Source: Candidatus Scatovivens sp.
GTDB taxonomy: Bacteria > Bacillota > Clostridia > TANB77 > CAG-508
Reading direction: 5' to 3'
DNA: 55,925 nucleotides
Assembly: GCA_045602645.1 (NCBI GenBank)
Contig: JAZSBZ010000042.1
Location: forward strand, 1 to 55,925
Part shown: one piece after another, positions 37,076 to 46,243 of the stretch
How the letters are laid out: each line of letters opens with the position of its first letter
Numbering within the stretch: the first letter of the stretch is position 1
Notes under the pieces: generated by a model
What the model was told of the DNA's origin: nothing
The model's input: only the letters and a program-made list of their open reading frames with translations
Databases searched by the model: none
Translations under genes and position numbers: made by a program

Positions 37076-37969
37076 ATGACAAATTTTTATATGATGATAG
37101 GACTGCCAGGCTCAGGGAAATCGACTATTGCAAAAGAAATAGCAGAAAAAGAAAATGCGATAATAATTTCCACCGACCAATTAAGGCAAGAACTGCTGAA
37201 TGACATAAATTCGCAAGAAAGTAATAAACTTATATTTCAAGAAGCAGAGAAATGTTTAGAAGACAATTTGAGAGCAAACAAGAACACAATATTTGATGCA
37301 ACGAATATAAATTATAAAAGAAGAATGGAACTACTTAATAAACTTAATAAGTTTAGAATAAAGAAGATAGCTGTTTTAGTAGCAACTCCCTACGAAGAAT
37401 GTTTAGAGAGAAATAAGAGAAGAGATAGACAAGTTCCAGAAGAAGTCATAAGAAGAATGTATTTTAATTTTTACATTCCACAATATTATGAAGGCTTTGA
37501 TGAAGTGCAAATAAAATATAATAGTGATTACAATTTTGCGTTTGGAGATTTAAAAGACATCCCACAAGACAATCCACATCATACTTTATCGGTATTGAAA
37601 CATTGTGGAAAAGTCGCAAACTTATTGCTCGATTCTACTAACAATGAATTGATTTCTTTAGCTGGTTTGTTACATGACATAGGAAAATTAAAAACTAAAA
37701 CATTTATAAATATGAAAGGAGAAACGACTGACATTGCTCATTTTTATAATCATGAAAAAGTAAGTGCTTATGATTGCTTATTTGACGAAATAATAAGAGA
37801 AGAATTAAATAACAATGACAAGCTGCGTGTTTGCAAATTAATTCAATGGCACATGTTATTACACAATGAGTTGTCAGAAAAAACAATAAAAAAATATAAG
37901 AATCTGCTAGGAGAAGATACATGGAAAGATTTAGAGTTATTACATAATGCAGATTGTCAAGGAGGATAA
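37076..37969 (+). CDS. polynucleotide kinase (P-loop) fused to an HD-domain phosphohydrolase
   Basis: GLPGSGKST Walker A and FDATN, then HHTLSVLKH...AGLLHDIGK, an HD motif like the repair HD domain of CCA-adding enzymes. Confidence 0.7.
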   Translation: MTNFYMMIGLPGSGKSTIAKEIAEKENAIIISTDQLRQELLNDINSQESNKLIFQEAEKCLEDNLRANKNTIFDATNINYKRRMELLNKLNKFRIKKIAVLVATPYEECLERNKRRDRQVPEEVIRRMYFNFYIPQYYEGFDEVQIKYNSDYNFAFGDLKDIPQDNPHHTLSVLKHCGKVANLLLDSTNNELISLAGLLHDIGKLKTKTFINMKGETTDIAHFYNHEKVSAYDCLFDEIIREELNNNDKLRVCKLIQWHMLLHNELSEKTIKKYKNLLGEDTWKDLELLHNADCQGG

Positions 37970-37970
37970 G

Positions 37971-38780
37971 ATGAATAGAGAAGAAGAAATAATGAAAAGA
38001 GTTCAAGAACACTTAGAATATTTATTAGATAAAGGGTATGAAGTTGTATTTATAGCATTACAAGGTTCACAAAATTATGGTTTAGATGTTTATGATGAAG
38101 ATTATATGTCAGATGTTGATACAAAAGCTATAGTATTACCATCTTTTGAAGATTTTGTATATAACAAAGCACCTGTAAGTAAAACACTTATTTTAGAAAA
38201 TGAAGAACATATTGATGTAAAAGATATTAGAGTAATGTTTGAAAATTATAAAAAACAAAATATAAATTTTTTAGAAACTTTATTTACAGATTTTAAAATC
38301 ATAAATGATAAATATAAAGAATTGGTTCAACCTATATTCGATAATGCTGAACTAATTGCACATTTTAATACAAATCAGGCATTGCGTTGTATGGCTGGAA
38401 TGAGTATGCAAAAATTAAAAGCATTAAAACATCCATATCCTACAATTAAAGATAAAATTGAAAAATATGGGTATGATCCAAAGCAACTTCACCATATTAT
38501 AAGAATGAATGATTTTATACAATATTATGCACAAGGAGTTCCTTTTAAAGATTGTTTAGTATCTCAAAAAAGAGAATACTTAATAAATATAAAAAAAGGC
38601 ATATTGTCAGAAGAGAAAGCAACAATTTTAGCAGAAAAGACCGATACTGATACAGCAAACTTTATGAAAAGAAATTTAAAAGAAATAGACGAAATCAATC
38701 CTAAAGCATTGAGAATATTAGATGAAGTAAAATACAATGTATTGAAAGAAAAATTTAGAGAAGATTTAAAAGGAGAATAA
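37971..38780 (+). CDS. pol-beta-superfamily nucleotidyltransferase (RNA-ligase-associated, RlaP-like)
   Basis: LQGSQNYGL...MSDVDTK (GS..DxD). ATG 37971 has SD ggagga. It lies 1 nt after the kinase-HD stop. Confidence 0.6.
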   Translation: MNREEEIMKRVQEHLEYLLDKGYEVVFIALQGSQNYGLDVYDEDYMSDVDTKAIVLPSFEDFVYNKAPVSKTLILENEEHIDVKDIRVMFENYKKQNINFLETLFTDFKIINDKYKELVQPIFDNAELIAHFNTNQALRCMAGMSMQKLKALKHPYPTIKDKIEKYGYDPKQLHHIIRMNDFIQYYAQGVPFKDCLVSQKREYLINIKKGILSEEKATILAEKTDTDTANFMKRNLKEIDEINPKALRILDEVKYNVLKEKFREDLKGE

Positions 38781-38784
38781 AAAT

Positions 38785-39321
38785 ATGAAAGATGATATAA
38801 AAAGAGTAAATAAAGTGCTAGAAAGATATAGAAGTAATTGTTTGATGGAATTAAATTCGTTAGATCATGTGTTAGAATGTAGTTTGAAAAATTACGATTT
38901 TATGATAGATTTTGCAATTAAAAAAGGTTTTAAGAGAGTTGTAGATATTGGGTGTGCCTATGGTCATCAGTCAGAATTGTGCAAAGATAGGATAAAATAT
39001 ATAGGAATTGATGAAGATAATGTAGATTTTTACAAAGAGACATTAAATAGAGGATATATCGTTGGAAAGTACCCTTGCTACATTCCTACTTATTATTATA
39101 ATAGTTTAGCAATTTCAAATTTAGCGATAGGTTGGAATTGTTATGTAGACGAAAAAGAATTTGACAAACAATGCAAAGCATTAAAAAAAGATTTTGTTGC
39201 TAGTTTATTATATCTTCCAAAAGAGAGAGAAGAGATATTAAAGAAGAATTTTAAGCAAATAAAGATAATAAAGGACGATGATGATAGATTAGTTCCAACT
39301 GCATTTTACTATTGCAAATAA
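38785..39321 (+). CDS. small class-I SAM-methyltransferase-like protein
   Basis: VVDIGCAYGHQSE (motif I-like) and YIGIDED (motif II-like). 178 aa. Last gene of the cassette. Confidence 0.4.
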   Translation: MKDDIKRVNKVLERYRSNCLMELNSLDHVLECSLKNYDFMIDFAIKKGFKRVVDIGCAYGHQSELCKDRIKYIGIDEDNVDFYKETLNRGYIVGKYPCYIPTYYYNSLAISNLAIGWNCYVDEKEFDKQCKALKKDFVASLLYLPKEREEILKKNFKQIKIIKDDDDRLVPTAFYYCK

Positions 39322-39346
39322 AAATTTAATTATTTTTAAAAAATAC

Positions 39347-39375
39347 TTGACATTAAATTAAATTTATGATAATAT
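39347..39375 (+). promoter_or_regulatory. sigma-70 promoter
   Basis: TTGACA, 17 nt, TAATAT with TG at -15/-14. A/T-rich UP-like region. Confidence 0.6.
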
Positions 39376-39404
39376 ATTAGTAAATCAAGAGAGGAGATTA
39401 AAAT

Positions 39405-39545
39405 ATGTTTGAAATAAAATTAATGAATGTAGAAACTGGTCAAGTGTTTTCTAAATTTTATGAAAGTTATTACAGTTGGAAGTATGCATTAAACAAAATG
39501 AAATATAGTAAGAAATTGAAAATACTAAGTTATTGGGAGGCTTAA
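39405..39545 (+). CDS. small hypothetical protein
   Basis: 46-aa ORF below the cutoff, with SD agaggag. Confidence 0.4.
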   Translation: MFEIKLMNVETGQVFSKFYESYYSWKYALNKMKYSKKLKILSYWEA

Positions 39546-39546
39546 A

Positions 39547-39795
39547 ATGGAAAAACATTGCATAGTTTGCGGAGGTATCAATAATACTAGAAGCGAAAAG
39601 TTTTGCAGTTCAAAGTGTAAGCAACATTATCATTATATAAAAAACAAAGAAACAAGATCTAATTATAAAAAAGAGTGGTACAAAGATAATAAAGAAGTAG
39701 TTCTTGAAAAATCTAAAGAATGGAAAAAAAATAATCCCGATAAAATAAAGGCGTACTCGAAAAAGTATTATCAAAAGAAAAAGGGGAAGAGCTAG
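39547..39795 (+). CDS. Lys-rich zinc-ribbon protein
   Basis: CIVCGG...CSSKCKQH, then a K/Y-rich tail. Confidence 0.5.
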   Translation: MEKHCIVCGGINNTRSEKFCSSKCKQHYHYIKNKETRSNYKKEWYKDNKEVVLEKSKEWKKNNPDKIKAYSKKYYQKKKGKS

Positions 39796-39835
39796 ATATG
39801 CAATGCCAGAATACTAATAAAAAAGGAGCAAAAAT

Positions 39836-39988
39836 ATGAAATATAAACAATGTAAAATAGAATATACAGATGAACCAAATAATTTTGAAATAAGAGCAAC
39901 ATCATTTTATGTACAAGCTAGAGAAAAGCGAAAAGGTGAATACAACAGAGCAAAAATTGAGAGAAAATTAGAAAGGGAGGAAAGATGA
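39836..39988 (+). CDS. small hypothetical protein
   Basis: 50-aa ORF below the cutoff, with SD aaggag. ATGA-coupled to the next gene. Confidence 0.4.
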   Translation: MKYKQCKIEYTDEPNNFEIRATSFYVQAREKRKGEYNRAKIERKLEREER

Positions 39989-40251
39989 GAAAATATAAAG
40001 AGAAAGAAATTGGAATAACTTGCGATATGTGTAAAAAGGAAATTTTAAATGAAAAAGATTATAAAAGGGATTTTAGAACAAAGATGAGTCATTATTATGA
40101 AGTTACAACACATCATAATGATTGGGGGAATGAAGACAGTTATGAATATATAGACATTTGCAGTGAAAGTTGTTTATTTAATTTTTTAAAAAAATATTAT
40201 GACGGAACAGATGGGACATTATGTTGTGAAATAGAAGAACATAGAATTTAA
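39985..40251 (+). CDS. Cys-rich hypothetical protein
   Basis: 88 aa. CDMCKK...CSESC. SD gggagg. Confidence 0.5.
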   Translation: MRKYKEKEIGITCDMCKKEILNEKDYKRDFRTKMSHYYEVTTHHNDWGNEDSYEYIDICSESCLFNFLKKYYDGTDGTLCCEIEEHRI

Positions 40252-40262
40252 GGAGAAAGACA

Positions 40263-40431
40263 ATGAAATATCCATCACTAAAAGGCAAATGTAAAGAATA
40301 TATTGAGCAAGAGAGATGCTTGCGGTTGTGAAAGATTAAGTTATCCTGATTTTGAAGGAGACGATAATTGCCCAGTAATAAAAGAGCGAGAGCAATATGA
40401 AGAAAATTATAGGAAATGGAGGATTAAATGA
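40263..40431 (+). CDS. small Cys-rich protein needing a +1 shift at CGG 40323
   Basis: Good SD aaggag before ATG 40263. Frame 0 stops after 22 codons. The +1 frame from 40324 reads GCERLSYPDFEGDDNCPVIK.. and ends in an ATGA overlap with the next gene. Confidence 0.4.
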
Positions 40432-40685
40432 AAGTTAAGTTAAAAAATGGATTGGTTGGCAAATCAGTAAAAGATGTTCATATTATATTTGACAATCACG
40501 ATAAAGAATATTCACACACAGTACCAGTTGAAGACATAAAAACAGAAATAAATGATTTAAAAGAAAAACTAAATAAGTTATTAGATGATAATACATTTAC
40601 TGTAAATACACGAGACTATGGAAATATTGATGTAATAGACGCAGATAGTATTTATGATTTATTAAATGAATATAAGGAGGATTAA
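40428..40685 (+). CDS. hypothetical protein
   Basis: 85 aa with SD ggagga. Confidence 0.5.
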   Translation: MKVKLKNGLVGKSVKDVHIIFDNHDKEYSHTVPVEDIKTEINDLKEKLNKLLDDNTFTVNTRDYGNIDVIDADSIYDLLNEYKED

Positions 40686-40907
40686 ATGAATATAAAAGTA
40701 AAACATCCAAATGGATATGAAGGATTGTTATATGGAGAGCATAGTATAGTAGTTTTTAAAGATGAAAAAGAAGTGTTGCATAGTGGTTCAACACTATTAA
40801 AAACAAAAGAAGAATTATATAACTTTTTAGGAGAAATGCCTGAAACAATGAAAAGATTAGACGCAATATTTGAAGACGAATTTGAAGATGAGGATGAGGA
40901 GGACTAG
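40686..40907 (+). CDS. acidic hypothetical protein
   Basis: 73 aa with SD aaggagga. Confidence 0.5.
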   Translation: MNIKVKHPNGYEGLLYGEHSIVVFKDEKEVLHSGSTLLKTKEELYNFLGEMPETMKRLDAIFEDEFEDEDEED

Positions 40908-41204
40908 ATGATGGAATTAAGAACAAATTGTAAAAATTGTGGAGCTAATTTACATTACGATGAAACAAAATATGGTAAGAAAGTAAGATGCCAATATTGT
41001 AGAACTGAATATCATGTAGATTTGTTAGGTAGAGTTGAAGAATACAAAGTAAAACTAGAATTTATGGGAAGAGTAATTGAATTTTATATTACATCCTGGG
41101 AAGTTGAACCTGAATATATGGAATGTACATATTTAGGTGATGAGTGTATGCGAAGTAGACATACAGGAACAGATATTAAGTTAAACTTGATAGGGAGAGT
41201 ATAA
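40908..41204 (+). CDS. zinc-ribbon protein
   Basis: CKNCGAN...CQYCRTE. Confidence 0.5.
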   Translation: MMELRTNCKNCGANLHYDETKYGKKVRCQYCRTEYHVDLLGRVEEYKVKLEFMGRVIEFYITSWEVEPEYMECTYLGDECMRSRHTGTDIKLNLIGRV

Positions 41205-41380
41205 TGATAGAGTATGTAACTAAATGTGATAAATGCGGAAAGAATTTAGAATTAACTATAAAAGAAGGTTCATATTATAAATATGATGCTTCTACCGCAA
41301 GTTACAAAAATTATTTTGATTTTTGTGAAAGCTGTGAGCAAGAATTCAATGAGTTATTAAAGAAGTTTATTGGCAAATAA
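41204..41380 (+). CDS. zinc-ribbon protein
   Basis: 58-aa ORF below the cutoff. CDKCGK...CESCEQ. TAATG coupling. Confidence 0.45.
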   Translation: MIEYVTKCDKCGKNLELTIKEGSYYKYDASTASYKNYFDFCESCEQEFNELLKKFIGK

Positions 41381-41392
41381 AGGAGAAATTAA

Positions 41393-41584
41393 ATGAAAAT
41401 ATTAGAGGATTCAATTCAGGAGAAAATGCCAACACCAGAAAAGCCTGTAAAAATAGATACAATGAAGGTTATTATTAAATTCCGAAATGGCGAAGAGCAA
41501 GAGATAGAACTACTTAACGAACCAGTTGACGGAATATTTAAAAAAGAAAATGACAAATGGTATCTAGAAAGGAGACCTAAATGA
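41393..41584 (+). CDS. hypothetical protein
   Basis: 63 aa with SD aaggag. Confidence 0.5.
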   Translation: MKILEDSIQEKMPTPEKPVKIDTMKVIIKFRNGEEQEIELLNEPVDGIFKKENDKWYLERRPK

Positions 41585-41976
41585 ACGAGGAAGAAAAGAA
41601 AGCGATAGAAAGAATCGGCTATATTCAAGATTTTATTATTGAATATGGACAATATAATGCAGATATAAATGATATGCAATACTTTTCAAAAATTTTAAAT
41701 CTAATAGACAAGCAAAATAAAGATGTAATACATTATAAAGAAGGAATGAGAATAGTAGATAAAGACCATAGGAATTACATTGATAAATTAGAAAGAGAAA
41801 TAGAAAAACAAAATAAAGTAATAGATGAAATGATAAAAGAGTATGAATACAATGCAAGAATAAATGTAAAAGATTTTTGTGAAGAGTGTCAAAGAAAAGA
41901 CAAATGTATTCAAGATTGCCATACACACATAAAACAATATTTTATAAGAAAGGTAGAAGAAAATGACAAAAATTAA
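41581..41976 (+). CDS. coiled-coil hypothetical protein
   Basis: 131 aa, ATGA-coupled. Confidence 0.5.
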   Translation: MNEEEKKAIERIGYIQDFIIEYGQYNADINDMQYFSKILNLIDKQNKDVIHYKEGMRIVDKDHRNYIDKLEREIEKQNKVIDEMIKEYEYNARINVKDFCEECQRKDKCIQDCHTHIKQYFIRKVEENDKN

Positions 41977-42160
41977 ATTTATAGGAAAAAGTGATTATGA
42001 TTTTGAAAATGGAGAGATATACCAACTAATAAAAATTAAAGACAGAGATAGACCATCTGCTTATTTTCATATTTGGGTAAGCAATAAGCATCCTAAAATA
42101 ATATATATACCATATTCGAGTCTAACAACATTCAACGAAAATTGGGAGGTAGTAGAATGA
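41963..42160 (+). CDS. hypothetical protein
   Basis: 65 aa. Confidence 0.45.
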   Translation: MTKIKFIGKSDYDFENGEIYQLIKIKDRDRPSAYFHIWVSNKHPKIIYIPYSSLTTFNENWEVVE

Positions 42161-42423
42161 GCAAAGCTGATGAAATGTTCAAAAAGTGCAATTTTAGCAA
42201 AATAGATGTAATTGATAAAATAACTGGAGAAATATATCCTAATTGTACAGAATATGTAAGATGGGATGGAACATGGGAAGAACATATACATTTTAATGAT
42301 TCAGCAAAACTGATGACAACAAGCCGTGAACTTTTTGGAAAAGCCACTATTGGATTTATGTTTTCAAAAGAATTATTAGATGCAATAAATCAATATGAGA
42401 GAGAAAAGGGGTGGATAGAATGA
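42157..42423 (+). CDS. hypothetical protein
   Basis: ATG 42157 has SD gggagg (the track start at 42142 is a non-ATG codon). Confidence 0.5.
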   Translation: MSKADEMFKKCNFSKIDVIDKITGEIYPNCTEYVRWDGTWEEHIHFNDSAKLMTTSRELFGKATIGFMFSKELLDAINQYEREKGWIE

Positions 42424-42734
42424 GTTTAGATATATCAATTAAAGCAATGAGAGAAACTGAAATATTCGAAAGAAATGTTACTTATAATTTAGCACCTATG
42501 TATTACAAATGTATCGATAAAGAATTGGGATTTAAAAAATTAAATGAAATGAATTGCAAAGAAGCATTGCCTACAATAAACAAAGCAATAGGAGAATTAT
42601 TAAATAATGCTGATGAATATAGAAAATTAAACCCTGAAAATGGTTGGGGTAGTTATGAAGGATTACTCGCAACTTTACAAGAAATGAGAAATTGTTGTGA
42701 AAAAAATCCTGATGGAAAGATAGAAATCTGGTAG
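42420..42734 (+). CDS. hypothetical protein
   Basis: ATG 42420 has SD ggggtgg. ATGA coupling. Confidence 0.5.
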   Translation: MSLDISIKAMRETEIFERNVTYNLAPMYYKCIDKELGFKKLNEMNCKEALPTINKAIGELLNNADEYRKLNPENGWGSYEGLLATLQEMRNCCEKNPDGKIEIW

Positions 42735-42743
42735 GAGGTAATT

Positions 42744-43286
42744 ATGACTGAAGATGAAATTATAGAAATAGTAAAAAATGAAATAATTAATACATATGCA
42801 GAAAGAAAGGCAATAGCATTTCAAGGTTTACTAGACTTATACCAAAAAGAAAAAGAGAAAAACAAAGAATCTAATAAAGAAAATACAATAATAAATAGAC
42901 GACTTGAAAATGTAGAAAACAACTATACGCAATTAATAGAAGATGTAAGCACTTTAGCAATTGCATTAGAATTGCAAGAAGATGCAACAATTGATGAGAT
43001 GTATGAAGAAATAAAGAACTTACAAGAAGAATGTAAAGAAACAGATTTAGAAGCACAAAAGTATTTTGAAAAATATGAAGATGAAAAAGAGAAAAATAAA
43101 ATCAAAGACATAGTAATTAAAAATTATCAAGTAATAGCAACAAATCCAGAGGATTATATACATAAAGATAAAATAAGAGAAATATTAGAAAAATATGATA
43201 AAGATATTGCTTGGGACAGTGCAGATGACCATTATTATTTTACAAAATTTATACAAAAATTACTGGAGGAGAGCAATGCAGAATAA
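42744..43286 (+). CDS. acidic coiled-coil protein
   Basis: 180 aa with SD aggagg. Confidence 0.5.
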   Translation: MTEDEIIEIVKNEIINTYAERKAIAFQGLLDLYQKEKEKNKESNKENTIINRRLENVENNYTQLIEDVSTLAIALELQEDATIDEMYEEIKNLQEECKETDLEAQKYFEKYEDEKEKNKIKDIVIKNYQVIATNPEDYIHKDKIREILEKYDKDIAWDSADDHYYFTKFIQKLLEESNAE

Positions 43287-43386
43287 ATGTAGAATATGTG
43301 TAAAACAATATTTTTGCAAAGGAGAAAATTGTAAGCAAATTAAATTTAGTGAAATTAAAAATTATGGGGAGGTAAAAAAACAATGA
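43276..43386 (+). CDS. small Cys-rich protein
   Basis: MQNKCRICVKQYFCKGENCKQ.. ATG 43276 has SD ggaggag. Confidence 0.4.
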   Translation: MQNKCRICVKQYFCKGENCKQIKFSEIKNYGEVKKQ

Positions 43387-43592
43387 TATTTGTTGATACA
43401 ATAAAGGATAAAATAGAAGAAAGCAAAGAATATGTTGTTTATCGTAGGACTATTGGAGGATATGTAAAAACATATTTAGATAAAAAGCAATTGAAAAACT
43501 ATATAAATAGTGAACAATTAGCTGACTTAGATATTTATAAGACAAAAGATTTAATTAAAATAAAAAGGACCTTAGAAATAGAGGAGAAATAA
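43383..43592 (+). CDS. hypothetical protein
   Basis: 69 aa, ATGA-coupled. Confidence 0.5.
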   Translation: MIFVDTIKDKIEESKEYVVYRRTIGGYVKTYLDKKQLKNYINSEQLADLDIYKTKDLIKIKRTLEIEEK

Positions 43593-43593
43593 T

Positions 43594-43920
43594 ATGTATA
43601 TATTAAAAAACAATAGACTGCCGAAATTACATTTAAAATTAAAAGGATATGAAATTAAAAACAAAAATGATGAAGTTATTGAATACAGAAAAACAATAAT
43701 CACAAAAGATGAATTTAATTATGGAATGTTTTATTTTATACATATATACTACCATTTAAAAGACCAATTATCTGAAGTGTGTGTGTCTATGCAAAAATAT
43801 ATTGATGATTGGGAAGATTGGGGATATGATTTTTATACTGGACAGTATGAGAACAAAAGCATTTCTATTATTGCAAAATACGATAAAGGACTATTGAAAT
43901 ACATAAAACACATAGAATAA
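43594..43920 (+). CDS. hypothetical protein
   Basis: 108 aa with SD gaggag. Confidence 0.5.
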   Translation: MYILKNNRLPKLHLKLKGYEIKNKNDEVIEYRKTIITKDEFNYGMFYFIHIYYHLKDQLSEVCVSMQKYIDDWEDWGYDFYTGQYENKSISIIAKYDKGLLKYIKHIE

Positions 43921-43937
43921 TAGGAAGGAGGAATAAT

Positions 43938-44297
43938 ATGGATACAGAATATGCAAGAGATGAATTTGGGGAAATATCTATCGTACTAAACAAATATGTA
44001 AGAGGAGCATTTGGAGAAATTTGCATACAATTAGGTGATTTTTATACAAGAGAGTTCACTGGAGAACGTTGGGAAAGAGAAGTAAAAACTAGTAAAAACA
44101 TAATAGATTTAATTGAAGTAAATGATATTATTGGAACAAAACTTCCTGCATTTAAAGAAATATATTATGAACATATTTGGAGCGACGAATATTTAAAATA
44201 TATAAAAGATTATTTAAACGAAAAAAAATTAATACTTATACAAATTCTAACACACGAACAATATGAACAAAATTGTTATAGATTGGAGGAAAAGTAA
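43938..44297 (+). CDS. hypothetical protein
   Basis: 119 aa with SD aaggagg. Confidence 0.5.
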   Translation: MDTEYARDEFGEISIVLNKYVRGAFGEICIQLGDFYTREFTGERWEREVKTSKNIIDLIEVNDIIGTKLPAFKEIYYEHIWSDEYLKYIKDYLNEKKLILIQILTHEQYEQNCYRLEEK

Positions 44298-44298
44298 A

Positions 44299-44532
44299 AT
44301 GGAAGAATTACAAATAGCAAAGGTTCCTGTATCGGTACCTCATATAGTTGTATTTCCACATATACATAGAAGTAGTACAACTAAAAACGAGACAAATACT
44401 ATTCAAGAAACAAGAGAATTGACAGAACAAGAAAAAGACATTGCAAAGATAGGATTAATCAGAATAGGAATTGTTTTTATAATATGCGTAATTGCCATTG
44501 CGGTTTGGCTATACAAAATATGGAAGGAGTAA
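44299..44532 (+). CDS. membrane-anchored hypothetical protein
   Basis: ATG 44299 has SD ggagga. C-terminal TM segment IGIVFIICVIAIAVWLY. Confidence 0.5.
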   Translation: MEELQIAKVPVSVPHIVVFPHIHRSSTTKNETNTIQETRELTEQEKDIAKIGLIRIGIVFIICVIAIAVWLYKIWKE

Positions 44533-44535
44533 TTG

Positions 44536-44700
44536 ATGGATAGATACAAAGAAGGATACAATCAAGCGAATAGAGATTGGGAAAAGAAGATTAGTGGAGC
44601 AATAAATGAAATAAAAAACATGAAAGTTGAAGGTGAAACTTTTACAACTGCTAGAAATTATGCAGTATTACAATTACAAGATTTATTAAAGAAAGGATAA
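44536..44700 (+). CDS. small hypothetical protein
   Basis: 54-aa ORF below the cutoff, with SD aaggag. Confidence 0.4.
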   Translation: MDRYKEGYNQANRDWEKKISGAINEIKNMKVEGETFTTARNYAVLQLQDLLKKG

Positions 44701-44706
44701 AAAGGT

Positions 44707-45135
44707 ATGAGTGATTATGTAAGAAAAAAAGCAGTTAGATATAAAATAGATGAGAATATAGTAAAAGAGTTACAACAAAATTATAATGAATATTATTTAG
44801 AAGATGAATGGTTAATAGATTATTTTACTAAAAATAATAATATAAAAATTGTTAACCAATGGGAATGTAAATCTAATGATATAGCAATAGGTAGTGGGCT
44901 TAATTTTAAAACAAATGAATATGAATATTTTATAGATTATTTACTTGATTATGAATATGGAGCAAGTGGAGACTTTGAAACAGCAAGAGAACTAACTGAA
45001 AAAGAATATAGCAAATATAAAACAATATTTGAAAAAGTTATACCAAATATCAAACAAGAAGAATTAAGATTTGTACATTATTGTTATTACAATGGAGTAG
45101 ATGAACCCGCAGTATGGGATATAGAAGAAATTTAA
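44707..45135 (+). CDS. hypothetical protein
   Basis: 142 aa. Confidence 0.5.
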   Translation: MSDYVRKKAVRYKIDENIVKELQQNYNEYYLEDEWLIDYFTKNNNIKIVNQWECKSNDIAIGSGLNFKTNEYEYFIDYLLDYEYGASGDFETARELTEKEYSKYKTIFEKVIPNIKQEELRFVHYCYYNGVDEPAVWDIEEI

Positions 45136-45150
45136 AGAAAGGATAAAGAA

Positions 45151-45351
45151 ATGTGTGAATATTGCAGAAATGAACCAGAAATAATTGAAGAAAATGAAAA
45201 TGACAGAATTTATTTAGAAATATGGTATAGACATCTATATATTAGGGGACATTTATTCGATGTTCCATTTGGCAGAGATATTCTTATTAATTATTGTCCA
45301 ATGTGTGGGAGAGATTTAAAGAAAGGAGAAACAGATGAGAGTAGTAAATAA
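45151..45351 (+). CDS. zinc-ribbon protein
   Basis: CEYCRN...CPMCGR. Confidence 0.5.
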   Translation: MCEYCRNEPEIIEENENDRIYLEIWYRHLYIRGHLFDVPFGRDILINYCPMCGRDLKKGETDESSK

Positions 45352-45577
45352 GTGGAATTTTAAAACACATCTTTATGAAGATGCACAAATAGATGACAGA
45401 TGTTCAATGTATGAAGATGATATGGACAGTATTGTAAAATGTCCTGGGTGCAATAAAGATGTAAGATTCGGAGATTGTTACACTAGTAAACAATATCAAA
45501 ACAATGTTGGATTAGGATATGCAGTATGTGAAAAGTGCTATGGAAAAGAATTGAAATTATATGAGGAGAATAAGTAA
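45335..45577 (+). CDS. zinc-ribbon protein
   Basis: CPGCNK...CEKCYG. Confidence 0.5.
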   Translation: MRVVNKWNFKTHLYEDAQIDDRCSMYEDDMDSIVKCPGCNKDVRFGDCYTSKQYQNNVGLGYAVCEKCYGKELKLYEENK

Positions 45578-45578
45578 G

Positions 45579-45920
45579 ATGAAAGTAATTGATTTAATCA
45601 ACAAGAAATATTGTAATGAAGAAATGCCGAATACGATTGTAGTAAATTGTCTTCAATACAAGTATGATGATGAAAGAAAAACATATGTAGATTGTTTAGA
45701 TAATAAAATGACAATTGATTTTACAAACAATGTACTAAATATGGAAGTCGAAATAATAGAAGAAAACAAGACAATAGAAGAATTGGAAAACTGGTTTGTT
45801 GACGAAAGAAGAGAAACTAGAGAATTTGATATTCAAGCAATAAATTTATGTTTTAGTAAACACAGAGATAAAATCAACGAGCTAGTAAAAGAAATAAATA
45901 AAATGAAGGAGGAAAAATAA
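45579..45920 (+). CDS. hypothetical protein
   Basis: ATG 45579 has SD gaggag. Confidence 0.5.
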   Translation: MKVIDLINKKYCNEEMPNTIVVNCLQYKYDDERKTYVDCLDNKMTIDFTNNVLNMEVEIIEENKTIEELENWFVDERRETREFDIQAINLCFSKHRDKINELVKEINKMKEEK

Positions 45921-46178
45921 ATGTTAAAAATATATTTAATGAGTGTAATAATTTGGTCAATAATTTTAATTGCTACAAGTCATGTAACCAAAACATTTTG
46001 CAAGGCAAAAGATATAGATTATTCTAAATACAAAAAAGAAACAACAATAAAAATGAATTTAATAATAGTAGCATTAATACCACTATTTAGATTATTTGTT
46101 TTTGGTACATTTATATTTTTAATGGGAGCAAATGAAGAAAAATTAGATAAATTGTTTGACAAAGAAAGGAGGAAATAA
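45921..46178 (+). CDS. two-TM membrane protein
   Basis: 85 aa. TM segments VIIWSIILIATSHV and LIIVALIPLFRLFVFGTFIFLM. Confidence 0.5.
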   Translation: MLKIYLMSVIIWSIILIATSHVTKTFCKAKDIDYSKYKKETTIKMNLIIVALIPLFRLFVFGTFIFLMGANEEKLDKLFDKERRK

Positions 46179-46243
46179 TGAGTTTTTGTTTTAGGTATTA
46201 TATTAGGTTTTGTAATAACAGCATTTTATTTTGGAGGTAAATA

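Noticed and set aside
36170-38012. Minus-strand ORFs inside the RNA-repair cassette (36170.., 36407.., 36658.., 37704..)
   Set aside because: They are antisense to motif-supported genes, have AT-rich low-complexity translations and lack an SD.
46178-46243. Tiny ORF where a +1 shift in a T5 run would give a hydrophobic peptide (VLGIILGFVITAFYFGGK) ending in TAATG coupling
   Set aside because: It is only about 20 codons, has no CGG, and cannot be told apart from chance. It is not reported as a gene.
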